Below, in pieces: positions 38,132 through 51,525 of a DNA stretch of 64,000 nt. The position numbers were made by a program, and so were the translations under genes. Source of the DNA: Nemertoderma westbladi (taxonomy: Eukaryota > Animalia > Xenacoelomorpha); the NCBI GenBank assembly GCA_032718475.1, contig JAUCBJ010004969.1:21856-85855 (forward strand), read 5' to 3'. The notes under the pieces were generated by a model. It did not search any database. It saw nothing but the letters and a program-made list of their open reading frames with translations, and was not told the DNA's origin. Position 1 is the stretch's first letter. Every line of letters begins with the position of its first letter.

Positions 38132-41021
38132 AGAAATCCAAAGACCACGTCGGAATGTTTTACGAGTTAGTAAAGTTTGTGCCATTTATTTTAGGGTTAT
38201 TAAAAACAAATACAGCGACGCAGTTATACAGTGCCGGGTTAATTAAAACCTCGGGGGTCCAATTGTTTATTACAACGCTTTTGGTGGATGTAAGCTGCTG
38301 GTACCATCCGGTGTACTATAAAACACCCGATTTCGGAACGTCAAGCATCCACCAAACGCGACACACGCACATCATAAAATGTGTTCCTATGAGGCGCAAA
38401 TAGAATTAATAAACATAAAACTTTTATCAGCCGTTTCTCATCATTTGTTTGTGTCAACAATTTGAGATAAAAATGTATTTTTAAACTGCATTATATGTAT
38501 AGGCTAATTCGTGTGAAAAAGCTAGACAACCGACATCCATATAGGGAGAACCATTATTAAAACTCTAATTCAAGCTAATCCTTATATATTGAGGGAAAGG
38601 AACAGGTTACATTACTGTGGACTGATTCCAACCAAATCAAGCAGGTTACAGTTTCATATTTGTCGCTGTCGGTTGTGGCCGTCGGTGTAGCGATTACACT
38701 CGGCTAATTTATAAATCCTACACTAACAAACCAACAAACATAATGAATTAGCTGTTGTTTGGATATTTATAATCACTATAGGCCTACACGATAAAGCTCC
38801 ATTATGTTTTCAAACCGGTACCGGTATGCCAGATGTTCGTTTTTCCAAATATCTTTTGTAAAATTAAACTTTGCGCAAAATTCTGCACGGTTAGTCAAAA
38901 GGTTTCAATTATGTGGAGAGGAAGACACGTTTTGTTATTCTAAATGGAGGCAGGTGGAACTACTGTATTATTGTATGACTCCAGTCTGTGTGTGTTAGGT
39001 TGCACCAATTGTTATACTGTGTTATTTTACGGACCAAGTTAGTTCTGAACAACACATAGCTCTTGTGTGACATCAATAATTCCAAATTCAACTTGGAAAA
39101 ATGCATAATTTTTTCTACACAACACATCTCCTTAAAAAAATAAACAATCCGACAATGTTTAAACTACAGATAACAGATACGGATTGTGTGATAAATATTG
39201 TTCTGAACTAACAGTGGGCCCTAAGCTATGGAGTATTGAGTTTAGGGGTTTAATTAATGCAATATTTACGATTTTTCGGTTCGATTCCAGCCAAAGAGGG
39301 TTATAAAATCACCAGAGATTACATTGTTATCTTCTTTTTTGTTTACAAAGTTCGTGTAATAGAAATTGCACATTATACTACTACTTCAACTACCATACAC
39401 ACTGTGGTACAATAATACAGTAGGTTGTGGTGGAACAAATCAAAGTGGTTGGTTTGTTTAGCCAATAATAAAGTCGGTTTGAGGACTTTAATGTGCGAAC
39501 TCAAAATCGCTATTATGATTTTATTGTACGTGATACTCATTACTTAATTAAACATACAGTCCCCCCACTTCCAACTTGTATCTATAATATTTTACTTTAA
39601 TAACCCCAATTTGTATCGGAAGGAAATACAAGACATCGCCAATCGAATTGTAAAAATATTTTTTTTCACGGAGTAGTGAAGAGACTATCGTATTGAAAAA
39701 TATATAGTCAGCCATAAGCAACTTACTGTCACTAAGTCAATAGAATAGGTTACAATTTAATGTATTTACGTCGATTTTCTCCTGAAGAGGTATGTCTATA
39801 CTGTAGTCCCCCCTGTACACTGTCCCCCCTTTCCCCACTGTACAGATATATGCAACTATATAAATGTTAATTTTACAATCAAATATCTGCTACAAATAAT
39901 TCCATGTACAATTGACAACTGATTCTGTGAGAGTGAAAATGAAACGTTATCGAACCGAATTCATTTTGAAACTATGTAAATCAGCAGATGCGAATAAGGA
40001 CTAGGAATAAGGAACAGCATAACGAATTATGTTATATGAATAAGGACTAGAGCATAACGAACGAATTATGTTATATGAATAAGAATATGTCCGTTTCCGG
40101 GCCGGAAACTGGCATTCTTTGTTTTGGTTTACGAGGCGTCAATATGTCTACGTGAATGCGAACTATATGGTTGTAGTCTCTATGTGATTGTTAATACCTG
40201 GTTCGACCCCCCGAAATACCCATTGAAGCGTGTAATTTCTATTTTGTGAAATATTTTTATTTAGCTAAGGATTTATAACCCTAACAGCGAATTTACTGCC
40301 GTTGCAAAAATAAAATCAGGTGTCTACGTGAATAATTCACCGTTACAAAGGATAATGCAGTGCTATTTTTTCTCAGATGGAGATTAGAGGGTTGTAATTA
40401 GTTCTAAGTAGATTGATTGTGCGGTACCATATTGTACGGTGCCTATAAGAGCCTTAAATATGCTTACTATAGCAGACTGCATAACCTAGAGTGATCAGAT
40501 AATGTAATGTTCTATTAATGAATTCCCTCTCCCCAGACCATTAACTGTATAATAACTAGCCTATCATATTGGCACTAAAATAAACCCTAAATTGTTTTCG
40601 AACACAAGTGGCTGGAATGGCGGCGTCACATGGAATACATAATCGGTGGAGAATCGCGAATTTTGTTAGATTATTTTCGCATTTCGAACTTAATATACAT
40701 TACATTCCCGGTAGGCCACTATAACAAACATTTTCAGACTATTGTTACTGAAGTCCCGGTTGGATAACGTAATCGTAGTGAAAAAAAATATAACTTGCGA
40801 GAATGAAAAAAAAATGACTTAATTTGATTTTGCGGGACTTTACGACTTATTACTTATGATATTACTGATGTAATAAATCGAAACGCTCCGCATAATTAAA
40901 TTATGGCATTTTTTCATTCGTGCAATAGTTATAATAATTTTACAAAGACTAGTGTTCTTTCGCTACAATTTATTACTTTCAGACGAATTTTCCCAAATAT
41001 TCAGTAAACAATTATTTTCAG

Positions 41022-43044
41022 GCGAATGTTCCCAACAATTCGCTATACAATTACCGGAATGGATTCCGACGCGAACTACATACTTCTAATGGATTTGGCG
41101 CCAATAGACGACTGTCGATACAAATTCCATAACAGCCGCTGGGTGGTGTCAGGAAAAGCAGAGCCAAGACTCCCTGGACGGTGAGCAACAACTAGATTTA
41201 AGGGAAAGCCATAGGGATGGCGGGGGGTCATCAGACGGATGAATATAGACCATATACTGTACGTATTTAATAAAATACGCTGGTGATCCGATGTCCTTCT
41301 CGTTAACCCTATTAAACCCGGGGGGGGGTCAATATGACCCCCCCCGTGGTTTTTTTATTATAATTCTGAAACAAACGCAGTTGGGAATCTGAAACTTTAT
41401 GACTTTTCCTAAAAATCTATTGTCTTCCTAGTAGTGAAAACCGTTTTCAAAAATATTAGGTACTTTTCGAGTTATAGCACCATTTTTTAACCCTACTTTT
41501 GGCACTTTTTTTGAGACGTTTTTTGAAAATTACATTTCATTAAATATGAATTGTAACATCTCTATTTTTGATTTACACCGGTTTTTTGGTGTTAGAAATT
41601 GGATGGAATTCATATAAATTGATTTAGAAATTTCAAACTTGTTTTTTTCGGTGGGTGCCAAATTTTGGTGCCAGCACCAAATTTTGAAATATGTCAATTT
41701 TGTAAATTGATTGTTTGAAACTTGTTTTTTACGCAATTGGGGTTTTTTGCGGTTCTGGATTCGATGAAATATACACGAGTTGCACCAAGCGTATCAAACT
41801 TGTATTTTTCGGTGCTGTGTGCAAATTTTGGTGCTAGCACGAAATTTTGAAAATCCATTCAATAGATAAAATTGCTTGTGACAATTTATTTCTTGCGTTT
41901 TAGAGGTTTATGGCTGTTCTGAATTCAATGGAATATATAATTATCGAACTAAACATCTCAAACTTGTATTTTTCGGATGTGGGTGCAAAATGTGGTGCTA
42001 GCACCAAATTTTGAAAACCATCAAATATATCAATTGATTGTGTCACCTTGTTTCTTGCGTTATACGGGTTTGTGATGGTTCTGAATTTAATGGAATCAGT
42101 AAAAATTTCATAAGAGTCCTCAAACTTGTATTTTTCGCCGGTGGGTGAAAATTGTTGTGCCAGCACCAAATTTTGGAAAATATGCAAATTGATCAGTAGA
42201 TAGTATCACCTTGTTTCTTGCGTTATACGGGTTTATGAGGGTCCTGAATCCGATGGAATCAATAAAAACAGCACTGGACATCGCAAAATTGTACTTTTTG
42301 GTGATGGGTACGAAATTTGGTGCTAGCACCAAAATTTGCCAAATTACGCCGAAAAATACAAGTAGCAATGATCTGGCATATTAGAAATGTATTCCATTAG
42401 AATCAGCGCCCACGAAAACCTGAAAATGTGAATTTATAGCATCGTATAAGTGAATTAAAAATTTTGTGTTCTAACTGAAAAGTGCTGGTTACTTGTTTTT
42501 TTCATTTTTTTCCTACGCAGAGAGGACTAAACAGCCATTTATAGTAATCATATCATTTTTAAATATTTTCCAATGTATTTTGCACCCCAGAAAACCTGTA
42601 TTGAAAAATAATTAGCCGAAAATGTAACTTTCAAATTTTGTGAAAATTGTGCACTACTTGTAATTTTGGTGCAGCAATATAACCACCCCAGTACATTTTT
42701 TCGAAAATTTTTTTTTTCGGTCGGATCCAGACAAGTGATACCTACGTACAAACAAAAAATCAGACGTTTTCGTAAATATTTGTAGATTTTAGAGGGAGGG
42801 GTCAATATGACCCCCTCCCGGTATTTGTACAACATTTTATAGCCCGGTACTAATAGGGTTAAGCAGTGATATTGGTGTCACTTGTGATGTATGGCATGCG
42901 GAATGTATTTAATTAATTAATCTCTATTTATTTTGCTTTACAGATTGTATATCCACCCAGATTCTCCAGCTAATGGGGAGACATGGATGAGCCAACCAGT
43001 TACATTTCACCGTCTGAAACTCACAAACAACAATCTCGATCGCC
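41022..43044 (+). pseudogene. T-box transcription factor gene fragment, two exons (41022-41180 and 42944-43044), Tbx6- or Tbx2/3-like
   Basis: Exon A: [52 protein letters not shown]. Exon B: [34 protein letters not shown]. Canonical AG/GT sites, in phase, at conserved T-box intron positions; flanking exons not found. Confidence 0.9.
41307..42858. mobile_element. Non-autonomous piggyBac-type element inside the T-box intron
   Basis: TTAA|CCCTATTA...TAATAGGG|TTAA; subterminal GGGGTCAATATGACCCC palindromes at both ends; internal diverged tandem repeats. Confidence 0.88.
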
Positions 43045-43828
43045 TTATTACCTTTTTTGCAATATTCAACCGTACCATATCATTTACTTTAAACTTAGGT
43101 TTCCGAGGTTTTTTGATCAAACCAACATAGAGCTTTTTAAAAAGAGCGGTTTCATTCATTTTGTTAACCTGATTTGGAGCCATACCTATTGTCCGATGTT
43201 TGGAATTATTATATGCAGTCACAAGGCTGGGTAATATTGTAACCCATGCTGAATTTTTCCTACGAATAAAGACTTTAAACATACGTGATTTTAATGTTCG
43301 ATTAAAACGTTCGCATATTGAGGCCTTAAATTGTGATTTCATAGTATAAAACAATACATTTTTTTGTTTAAGGTAATTGCTTACCTTTTTGTTTACAAAC
43401 TCTGAACCCATGTCACATGCAATCTTTTTTGGTATCCCACTTTCGAAAATTTTTTCTAAGACAACTATCATTTCCTTTCCAGTTTTTTGTTTCATTGGTA
43501 AAGCAAAACCTACCCTGCTAAAACAATCTATAGCAGTAATAATATAATTATAGCCTTGGTTCTCCTTCCTATATTTCTGCATATCAACAAGGTCCATCAT
43601 ATACAGATCCTGAATTCCTCCAGTAAAAATTTTAGAGGTAGGAAATTTTCTCCTCGCTTGTACGTGTAGCGTGTATGTCTCCTGAGTTTTCAGCCAATCC
43701 TTTGCTATCTTTAAGGGAACCTTTCCGGCCTTTGCAAGTTTCACGGCACTTGCGAAACCACCAGGGTGCGCAACATCGTAGTATATTCTTGACAGCTTTT
43801 GCGCGATCAGTTTCATCTTGGGAGCCAT
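43045..43828 (-). pseudogene. Maverick/Polinton retroviral-like integrase, N-terminal and catalytic part
   Basis: IYYDVAHPGGF, WLKTQETYTLH, MDLVDM, IDCFSR, CDMGSEF, ERFNRTLK, YNNSKHRTIGMAP and [10 protein letters not shown]. Confidence 0.93.
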
Positions 43829-43881
43829 CCCCTTCCATACAAACACAATTACAATTGATGTCAATATCAATATGCTTCAAC

Positions 43882-43915
<34 letters not shown>

Positions 43916-44388
43916 TATATTGTATCAAATGTTTATATATATTTCCGGAATTTGAACCGAATTAGCTGTGGATTGAGTGATTTTTCCTTCTTATTTTGGC
44001 TTTTATTTTGTATAGATTTAAATCTCTTGTTTTGGGATTTCTTATAGTTCCTCTTCTTCTTTAAATTCTTAAGCGAATAGCTACTTTGCTTATATATATA
44101 AAATACTCCTGAAGACTTACTCTTGACATCAGACTGTCAGATGATGAGTAAAAAGATCAATATTGCTGATGCTGCAAAACTAGTCCTTATGAGTGACTCT
44201 GACGACGATAAATCTATTTCGAGTTGTTCAATAATTGATTGCAAACTTAGTGGTAATACAGAAAACAGATATATCCAAAAGAGGTTCTCCCTTACCAAAC
44301 TCCAATTATTCCCTCTAAGGATGATTCTTCAAGTTGTAGTTTTAGACAAGAACCTTGTATTAGAAAGCAATTATTTTGCAAATCCTCA

Positions 44389-46640
44389 TTGCCACACACC
44401 AACACCACTATCAATACAAATGAAAACGAAGTCCATATTGACCATATTATTCCCCCTGAAAGGAAATTATTGGAGTCTGAAGAGTTTCAGGACATACCTG
44501 AAGAATTTGTCGACATATTGCTGGGGGATAAACCAAGTGAAAAATCTGAAACTGAAAGTATATCTGAAATGGTGTGTGTACCTGAAGAATTGTATGATTC
44601 ATTTACAAATCAAAACTCGCCAAATAAAAGTATTGGCCCTTGCGACAAGGAATATCTTCCAGGCGATAATGGTGATAGCAGTGATAGTAGTGAATTGGAT
44701 ATAGAGAAAATAACCCCTAATACAACCACCGCCATGAGTCCAGGTGATATTATTGATCGCAATAAACAGAGGAAAAGGGCAAAAACTGCAGATCCCAGTA
44801 AATGGAAAAAAAAACAAAGAATGGCAGCACGTTCAGCAGGAAAATCATATGTTGCAAAAACGGGAAAAACCGTAACTTCAAGACATCTGCTCGATGTAGA
44901 TTGTTCACGTTGCCCATATAAATGTGAACAAAGGGTTCTGTTACAAATACGCCAGAAAATCCTTGATGAATACTATTCAATAGGAAGTTTTGCTGGAAAA
45001 TGTAACTTTCTGTTACAACGCATGAAGTCGTGTCCAAAAAAAGCTTGCAGACCACGTGTGCTTACTCCAACTAAATCGCGACCAAGAAGCATCAGCAACA
45101 GTTTTACTTTTGTAATTAATGGTGAAGAGGTTAAAGTTTGCCGAAAGTTCTTTCTAGCTACATTAGGTATGACAAATGATTCGGCATTACGCACTGCACG
45201 CCGAGGTTGTGGTGAACAAGGAAGTTTTGTGAAAAAGGATGGGCGGGGTCGATGTCCACCTAAGAACAAAACATCAGCACAAGAAGTAGAACTTGTTCGA
45301 CAGCATATTAAAAGTTTTCCAGTAATGGAGCCACACTATGTCCTCAAAAGTAGCCTAAGAACATATTTTCAACCAGGATTAAACAAAACAGCAATGTACT
45401 TATTATATAAGGAATGGGGTAAAGCTCATGGTGTCAAGTCTCCTGTTGGGAAACAAAAATATAAGGAAATTTTGAAGGAAGATTTCAATATATCGTTCTT
45501 TGTTCCTAAGAAAGATCAATGTGTTTTGTGCAACAAGGGTGATAACTTAACTGGAGAAGAATTGAAAACATATCTTACTGACGAGAAAGAACCACACCTT
45601 AAACGCCATGAGATTGCCCAAAATGAAAAAATGCAAGATAAAGAACTTGCAAAGAAGGATCCTGCCGTAATGTCAGTAACATTTGATCTACAGGCAGTAT
45701 TGTATACACCCTGTAGTAATGTTAGTGTTATGTACTATATGCGCAAATTAAATGTATTTAACCTGACGATTTATGAACAAGCATCAAGGAATGCGTTATG
45801 TTGTGTATGGCCAGAATATATTGGAAAGCGCGGTTCCAATGAAATAGGTAGTTGCCTCCTCTATTACATAAATTCTTTACCCGATTCGATAAAACACCTA
45901 ATATTATGTTCTGACACATGTGGTGGGCAGAATCGCAATCAGTTTGTCGCAGCTATTCTTTGTATGCTGTTTGCCACTCGAAATTGGATGTTATAGACCA
46001 AAAATTTCTAGAAGCCGGGCACACCCATATGGAAGTTGATTCCATGCATAGCGCTATAGAATTTGCAAAAAAGCACCAAAAAGTATATACTCCAAATGAA
46101 TGGGAGAACATAATAGTTGCAGCTCGCAGGGACAAACCTTACCAAGTTCACATGTTACAGCAGAGTGAGATCTTTAATTTAAAAGATCTATATATAAACA
46201 AATATAAACAAATAAATAATAGAAATATAAACATTAACAATGAAAAAGTTCCATGGATGAAGACAAAATGGTTTCAGTTCCGAAAAACTAATCCCGGATC
46301 ATTTTTCTACAAAGAAAACTATGGTGATAGTGATTTTAACGAAGTATTAGTCCAAGGAAATCCACCAAAACCAAGTAAACTCACAACCAGGTCATTGAAA
46401 TCCAAACCTACAAAGAGTAAGAAAATATACTCTAGCATGTCAGAAGTATCATTAATACCTGCCAATGATAGACTGATTCCAGTATCAATTAAGAAGAAAG
46501 AAGATTTGTTAGAAATTGCAAAAAATCTTGGACTCAGTCAACATTATTACGAGTTTTATGATTCCTTACCAAGCAGTGCCAATGCATCTGATTGTCTTCC
46601 AGAACCGGACCAACATGAAGAATATGAAGTAATTGTATAA
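44389..46640 (+). pseudogene. Sola-type (Sola1-like) DDD transposase, frameshifted near 45955
   Basis: KVCRKFFLATLG, HIKSFPVMEPHY, FNISFFVPKKDQC, TFDLQAVL, KRGSNEIGSCL, SDTCGGQNRN and GHTHMEVDSMHSAIE. Candidate right terminus near 47086; no left TIR found. Confidence 0.85.
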
Positions 46641-47367
46641 ACCACGATCTGATCGCATTTACAATTACTAGGCAACAACTGTAGGCCTATAGTTATTTTT
46701 TGTAATTTTTGTAATTTAAAATTATAACATTACACAACTGGATATAAAATCATACAACCCATAACGGTAAAAAATGTAGTGCATAATGTGAGTAAAAATT
46801 GCATTTTCTGACATGGGGGCTTTTTATTATTCATGCAGTCAACTAATACCTATCATTATAATGTACATGGAAAAAACGCCTAAGTCAAACTGAAAACTTT
46901 ACATATTCAGATATAACTACTTTTTTAAGGGAAAACGCATTTTATATAATGTCTGCAATAAACTTAACTATTTTTCATTATTTGGCACAAAAATGTATTA
47001 GTAAAACACAACAGCGTGAGACATTAAAATGTGATTATCTAAAATATGAATTTTTTGACTTGGGTGGTTTTTCCTTATCTCCAACGATATAATATAGAGA
47101 TTAAATTCAAAATGTTTTTTGCTTCTAAATTTCATATAATATAGAAAGTGAGATAGTATTATTCATATTCCAGTAAAATGTCTCACAAATAAATATTATA
47201 CAGTTATTACCTACAATATATGGTTATATTAATATTAATCAGTTTTTCCTATGTATATAACCTAGCATAAAATATAAATCTAATGTTTCTAACCCTAAGC
47301 TGCTAAGTAGTTTAATTAATATTATATATAGCTAATCTAATCCTAAGTAGAAACATGCTTAGGCCTA

Positions 47368-48030
47368 TTATAAAGTAAATCGAGACATTAAATGTATAAA
47401 TTTGGGTAAAGTTAACCTAAAATTGGAAGGTGATGTCATACAAGTTATCTTACCACTCGCAAATACACAAAATGTTATTGATTTATCAAAACGTACTAAT
47501 ATATTACAAAAAATTTCGGGTTCATAGAATATTTGTATATGTGTATTATTTTCTTGGTGGAAACCAACCTAATATGATAATTTGGTAAAATTTATTTCGG
47601 GTTCATAGAATATTTGTATATGTGTATTATTTTATTGGTGGAAACCAACCTGATATGATAATTTGGTAAAATTTATTTTATATTTGAATACATGGGTATG
47701 TGAATTTATACATTGTACTTCCAAATCAATTTTAGTTTTTATTTTAATATAATTCAATACCTTATTGATGTATTTGCAACGGCCTAATATTGTAACTTTT
47801 CCACTAGAAAAAAATAATACAGTACAGTCATACTTTTTGAATATAAATTGAATTGGTTTCTGATGTAGAACACCATTTAGTTGAATACTAAGTTTATTTA
47901 AATTAATTGCATGTTCTACTTTTGGTCTACAACTGATATTACTATTTACTATTGAATAATTTGGTACAGATATAGGGATCATAGATTCAAGATTTTTAAT
48001 AGTGGCTTCATCTACTTCTGAATCAGACAT
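47368..48030 (-). pseudogene. Intronless, divergent TATA-binding-protein (TBP)-like gene next to the Polinton PolB
   Basis: Two TBP-like repeats: YSIVN...INLNKL...TVLFFSSGKVTILG and ...INFTKL...FYEPEIF...FCVFASGKITC. An in-frame 81-bp duplication (47513-47674) has a different stop in each copy; the consensus gives an open 193-aa protein. Confidence 0.75.
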
Positions 48031-48037
48031 AATTAAA

Positions 48038-48754
48038 TTAGAGTAATATTGGCGGATTATACAAATGATGAATTGGTCGAGTCACTCCTGTTTTGTAATG
48101 TCCAAATGGTAGGGAAGTATTACCATCACACCACCAACGTTTATCATCAAACAAACTTAATGTTCGCTTCGTTTCTCTAAGGATGTATAATTGATGGAGC
48201 TTTGATCCTATTTTACGACCTTCTTCATAGAGCTGTATGGCCTCCCTATAACAAGTTAAGTATGAGTTATGAGTTAACTTTTTATTTATTACTGCTCTTG
48301 TAATCCCCTTGGCTGTTTTTTTATCCTCACCACCCTTTAAACTATAAGCTTTTGGCTTCAATAGGATCCATTCAGTATATTCCATCCCCTTGTTTTCATC
48401 TTTAACCATATTGAGATTACCTTTATTTAAATTCGAGTAAAGAGGATGATCACTATCGTAATTTGAAGTATCTAATAACTTGCGATCTTTCATTGTCTTT
48501 AAAAAAATATTAAGAGAAATTCCCTTAATAATTATGAAGAATGAATCTGTATCACCTCCTGCTAGCTATAATGTACAGTTTAGTTCTTTTTCTAATGGTT
48601 TTAGCTTGTCATACAATAATGAATACATACGTAGTTTCGATAATGATAGTACAGCTTCTCCAATATATATTGGTTTATTTAAAGTAATCTTTGTTTTAGA
48701 TAAGGTATGCCCACTTAGAGAGTCTGTATATATATCAAAGTGCTTTGATAAAAG
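48038..48754 (-). pseudogene. Maverick/Polinton protein-primed DNA polymerase B, C-terminal fragment
   Basis: LNKPIYIG...LSKLRMY...GDTDSFF...DTSNYDSDHPLYS...KDE...KTAKGI...DDKRW...LPFGHY; one in-frame stop at 48566-48568. Confidence 0.9.
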
Positions 48755-50451
48755 TTGAAGGACACTTTCACATTTAAAAAGTGGCTTGGCCGTTATGGGC
48801 CACAGTACAATTTCCTCTACTAAATATTTCTAAATGTTGCGCCCCCCTGAAGTGGCGGCCGCCCCCTCCTGCCCCACACCCTAGCGGCGCCTCTGAATGT
48901 GAGTCAATGAAGCAATGAAGGTAGAATGTACAATTTGCTTACACACACATGGACCGAGGTTGTGATTCGAAAGAATCAGACATTACCAGTGAGCCTTTCT
49001 CCTGTGGGTTCTGCTCTGCCAAACTCATTAATTTCAGTTGCTCCCGGAATCCCACACAAGTAAGTCTGATGTTTCCTGCACGGAAATTGAAAGATTCCCA
49101 AGAAAGAAACTTGAGGTTTATTATACGTAGCCCCTACCTACATAAATATGAGCTTCGTAATATTGTGCCAATCTTCTGCACCTTATTTTATTCTATGAGA
49201 TATACAGTATATAATATGCCCAGTATCAATATACATTATACTATGTGTATGTGTCCTGAATTTGTATTCATTCTATGTGACGATCTAATTTAGTTTACTA
49301 GTTTATTTACTTTATTAATCTGTTATTTTCCAAGGTATTTTAGTATTATTTTTTTTTCATTTTTATTTTTTATACATTTTCCGTATCTCCTTTTAACTTT
49401 ACCTAATGGGACAACTGATTACCAGCAGAAATGATAATGTAACATGTGATATTGTGTTTTGGTTAGAATAACATGTCACTGTAACCTGTTCCTTTCCATA
49501 AATTAATATGTGAACCATAACATTTGTTCGAAACAATGTTGACGACCGACAGTCTATTGCACCTGGATCACCAGCTGTAAACAACATCCTCCACTACGAA
49601 TCCTGTAAAGAAGTTCCAGAGTTATTTACAAAGTTACGAACTGCCATATTTCTTTCAAAAATAACAAATCACTAAAAACACCCAATCTTATTCATAATAA
49701 TTTCATAATATTATTAGTTATCATATATAATTAATTTTATTTACTAAATTTTAATCTGGTGCTTATACTTTAATAATTGTAACTCAAACTGGATAATGTA
49801 TCGAATAAAAGCCCATACATTCATACATTAATATGTAACGCTTTCGGAAATCAGTTAGATTTGTCAGTTAGAGATCAGTTAGAAATCAGTTAGAAGTCAA
49901 CTATTTATTTTTAAAACCCAACGACTAAGCATTAACTTCGCAGTGAAAGTATATTTAAAAACATTTTAACAATATAAAATAGTTGAGGAATCAACTAGTT
50001 GAATAGGTCCTTCAACCGATAATTGAACCACATAATACTGTATAATCCTTTATAATTCACATACAATTTATTGATTGGTACTACCTATGTACTACACTGT
50101 ATAATGTACAGTATAACATAATATTTAAATTTGTTTCAGGTATTGTTATCTATTTCCTTTACGGTATTAGAAGAAGTCTGGAGGTGCAGACCTCTGCAGA
50201 ATATATTTTATTAAATAAACAAACCGATTGGAGTACAGCTGATGTTTCTAGACAACCAGAAATTGATGAGAATACAAGGTGAGAGATAATAGGAGATTGT
50301 ATCATATTTAACTGAAATCAATCAAAATATTACTTTAACTTAACATAGGCTTTATTTACCGATTGTCGATGAGGTAAATAAAGTATTTTACAAGACATGT
50401 AAACATAAGTATTATCATAGTAAAAAAGGTTTATCTATATAGAGAGGTTGT

Positions 50452-51525
50452 TGGGAGCTATAGGAGCCATAGGGAGCTAATGGGAGCTATGGGCAATGGG
50501 AGCTAATGGGAGCTATGGGCAATGGGAGCTATGGGAGCCAATGGGAGCTTTAGGAGCCAATGGGAGCTATAGGAGCCATAAGGAGCCATAGGGAGCTAAT
50601 GGGAGCTATAGGGAGCTATGGGCAATGGGAGCTATAGGAGCCATAAGGAGCCATAGGGAGCTAATGGGAGCTATGGGCAATGGGAGCTATGGGAGCCAAT
50701 GGGAGCTATAGGAGCCATAAGGAGCCATAGGGAGCTATAGGAGCCATAAGGAGCCATAGGGAGCTAATGGGAGCTATGGGCAATGGGAGCTAAGGGAGCC
50801 AACATTTGTAATGGGAGCAATGGGGAGACTCGTGTAATGGGAGCAATAGAGGTAATGCGAACTATAGGGAGACATTTGTAATGGGAGCAATGGGGACACT
50901 CTAGGTAATGCGATCTATAGGGAGACATTTGTAATGGGAGCAATGGGGAGACTCGGCTAATGGGAGCAATGGCTAATGGGAGCTATGGGGAGACTCGGCT
51001 AATGGGAGCAATGGGGAGACATTTGTAATGGGAGCAATGGGGAGACTCGGCTAATGGGAGCAATGGCTAATGGGAGCTATGGGGAGACTCGGCTAATGGG
51101 AGCAATGGGGAGACTCGGCTAATGGGAGCAATGGGGAGACTCGGCTAATGGGAGCAATGACCAAGGGAGCTATAGGAGCCATAAGGAGCCATAGGGAGCT
51201 AATGGGAGCTATGAGCAATGTGAGCTATGGGAGCCAATGGGAGCTATAGGAGCCATAAGGAGCTAATGAGAGCTATGGGCAATGGAGCTAATGGGAGCTA
51301 TGGGCAATGGGAGCTATAGGAGCCAATGGGAGCTATAGGAGCCATAAGGAGCCATAGGGAGCTAATGGGAGCTATAGGGAGCTAATGGGAGCTATGGGCA
51401 ATGGGAGCTATGGGAGCCAATGGGAGCTATAGGAGCCATAAGGAGCCATAGGGAGCTAATGGGAGCTATGGGCAATGGGAGCTATGGGAGCCAATGGGGG
51501 GAGCTATAGGAGCCATAGGGAGCGA
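50452..51525. repeat. G-rich minisatellite of ~10-bp subunits (ATGGGAGCTA / ATGGGAGCAA)
   Basis: About 1.07 kb of GGGAGC-centred subunits arranged in higher-order blocks. Confidence 0.95.

Larger units (their letters stand above)
37447..43044. mobile_element. 5.6-kb insertion in the Polinton integrase, bounded by an 8-bp inverted repeat
   Basis: GGCGATCG (37447) ... CGATCGCC (43044), with TTATT on both outer sides (37442-37446 and 43045-43049); the two integrase halves are collinear across it. Confidence 0.65.
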
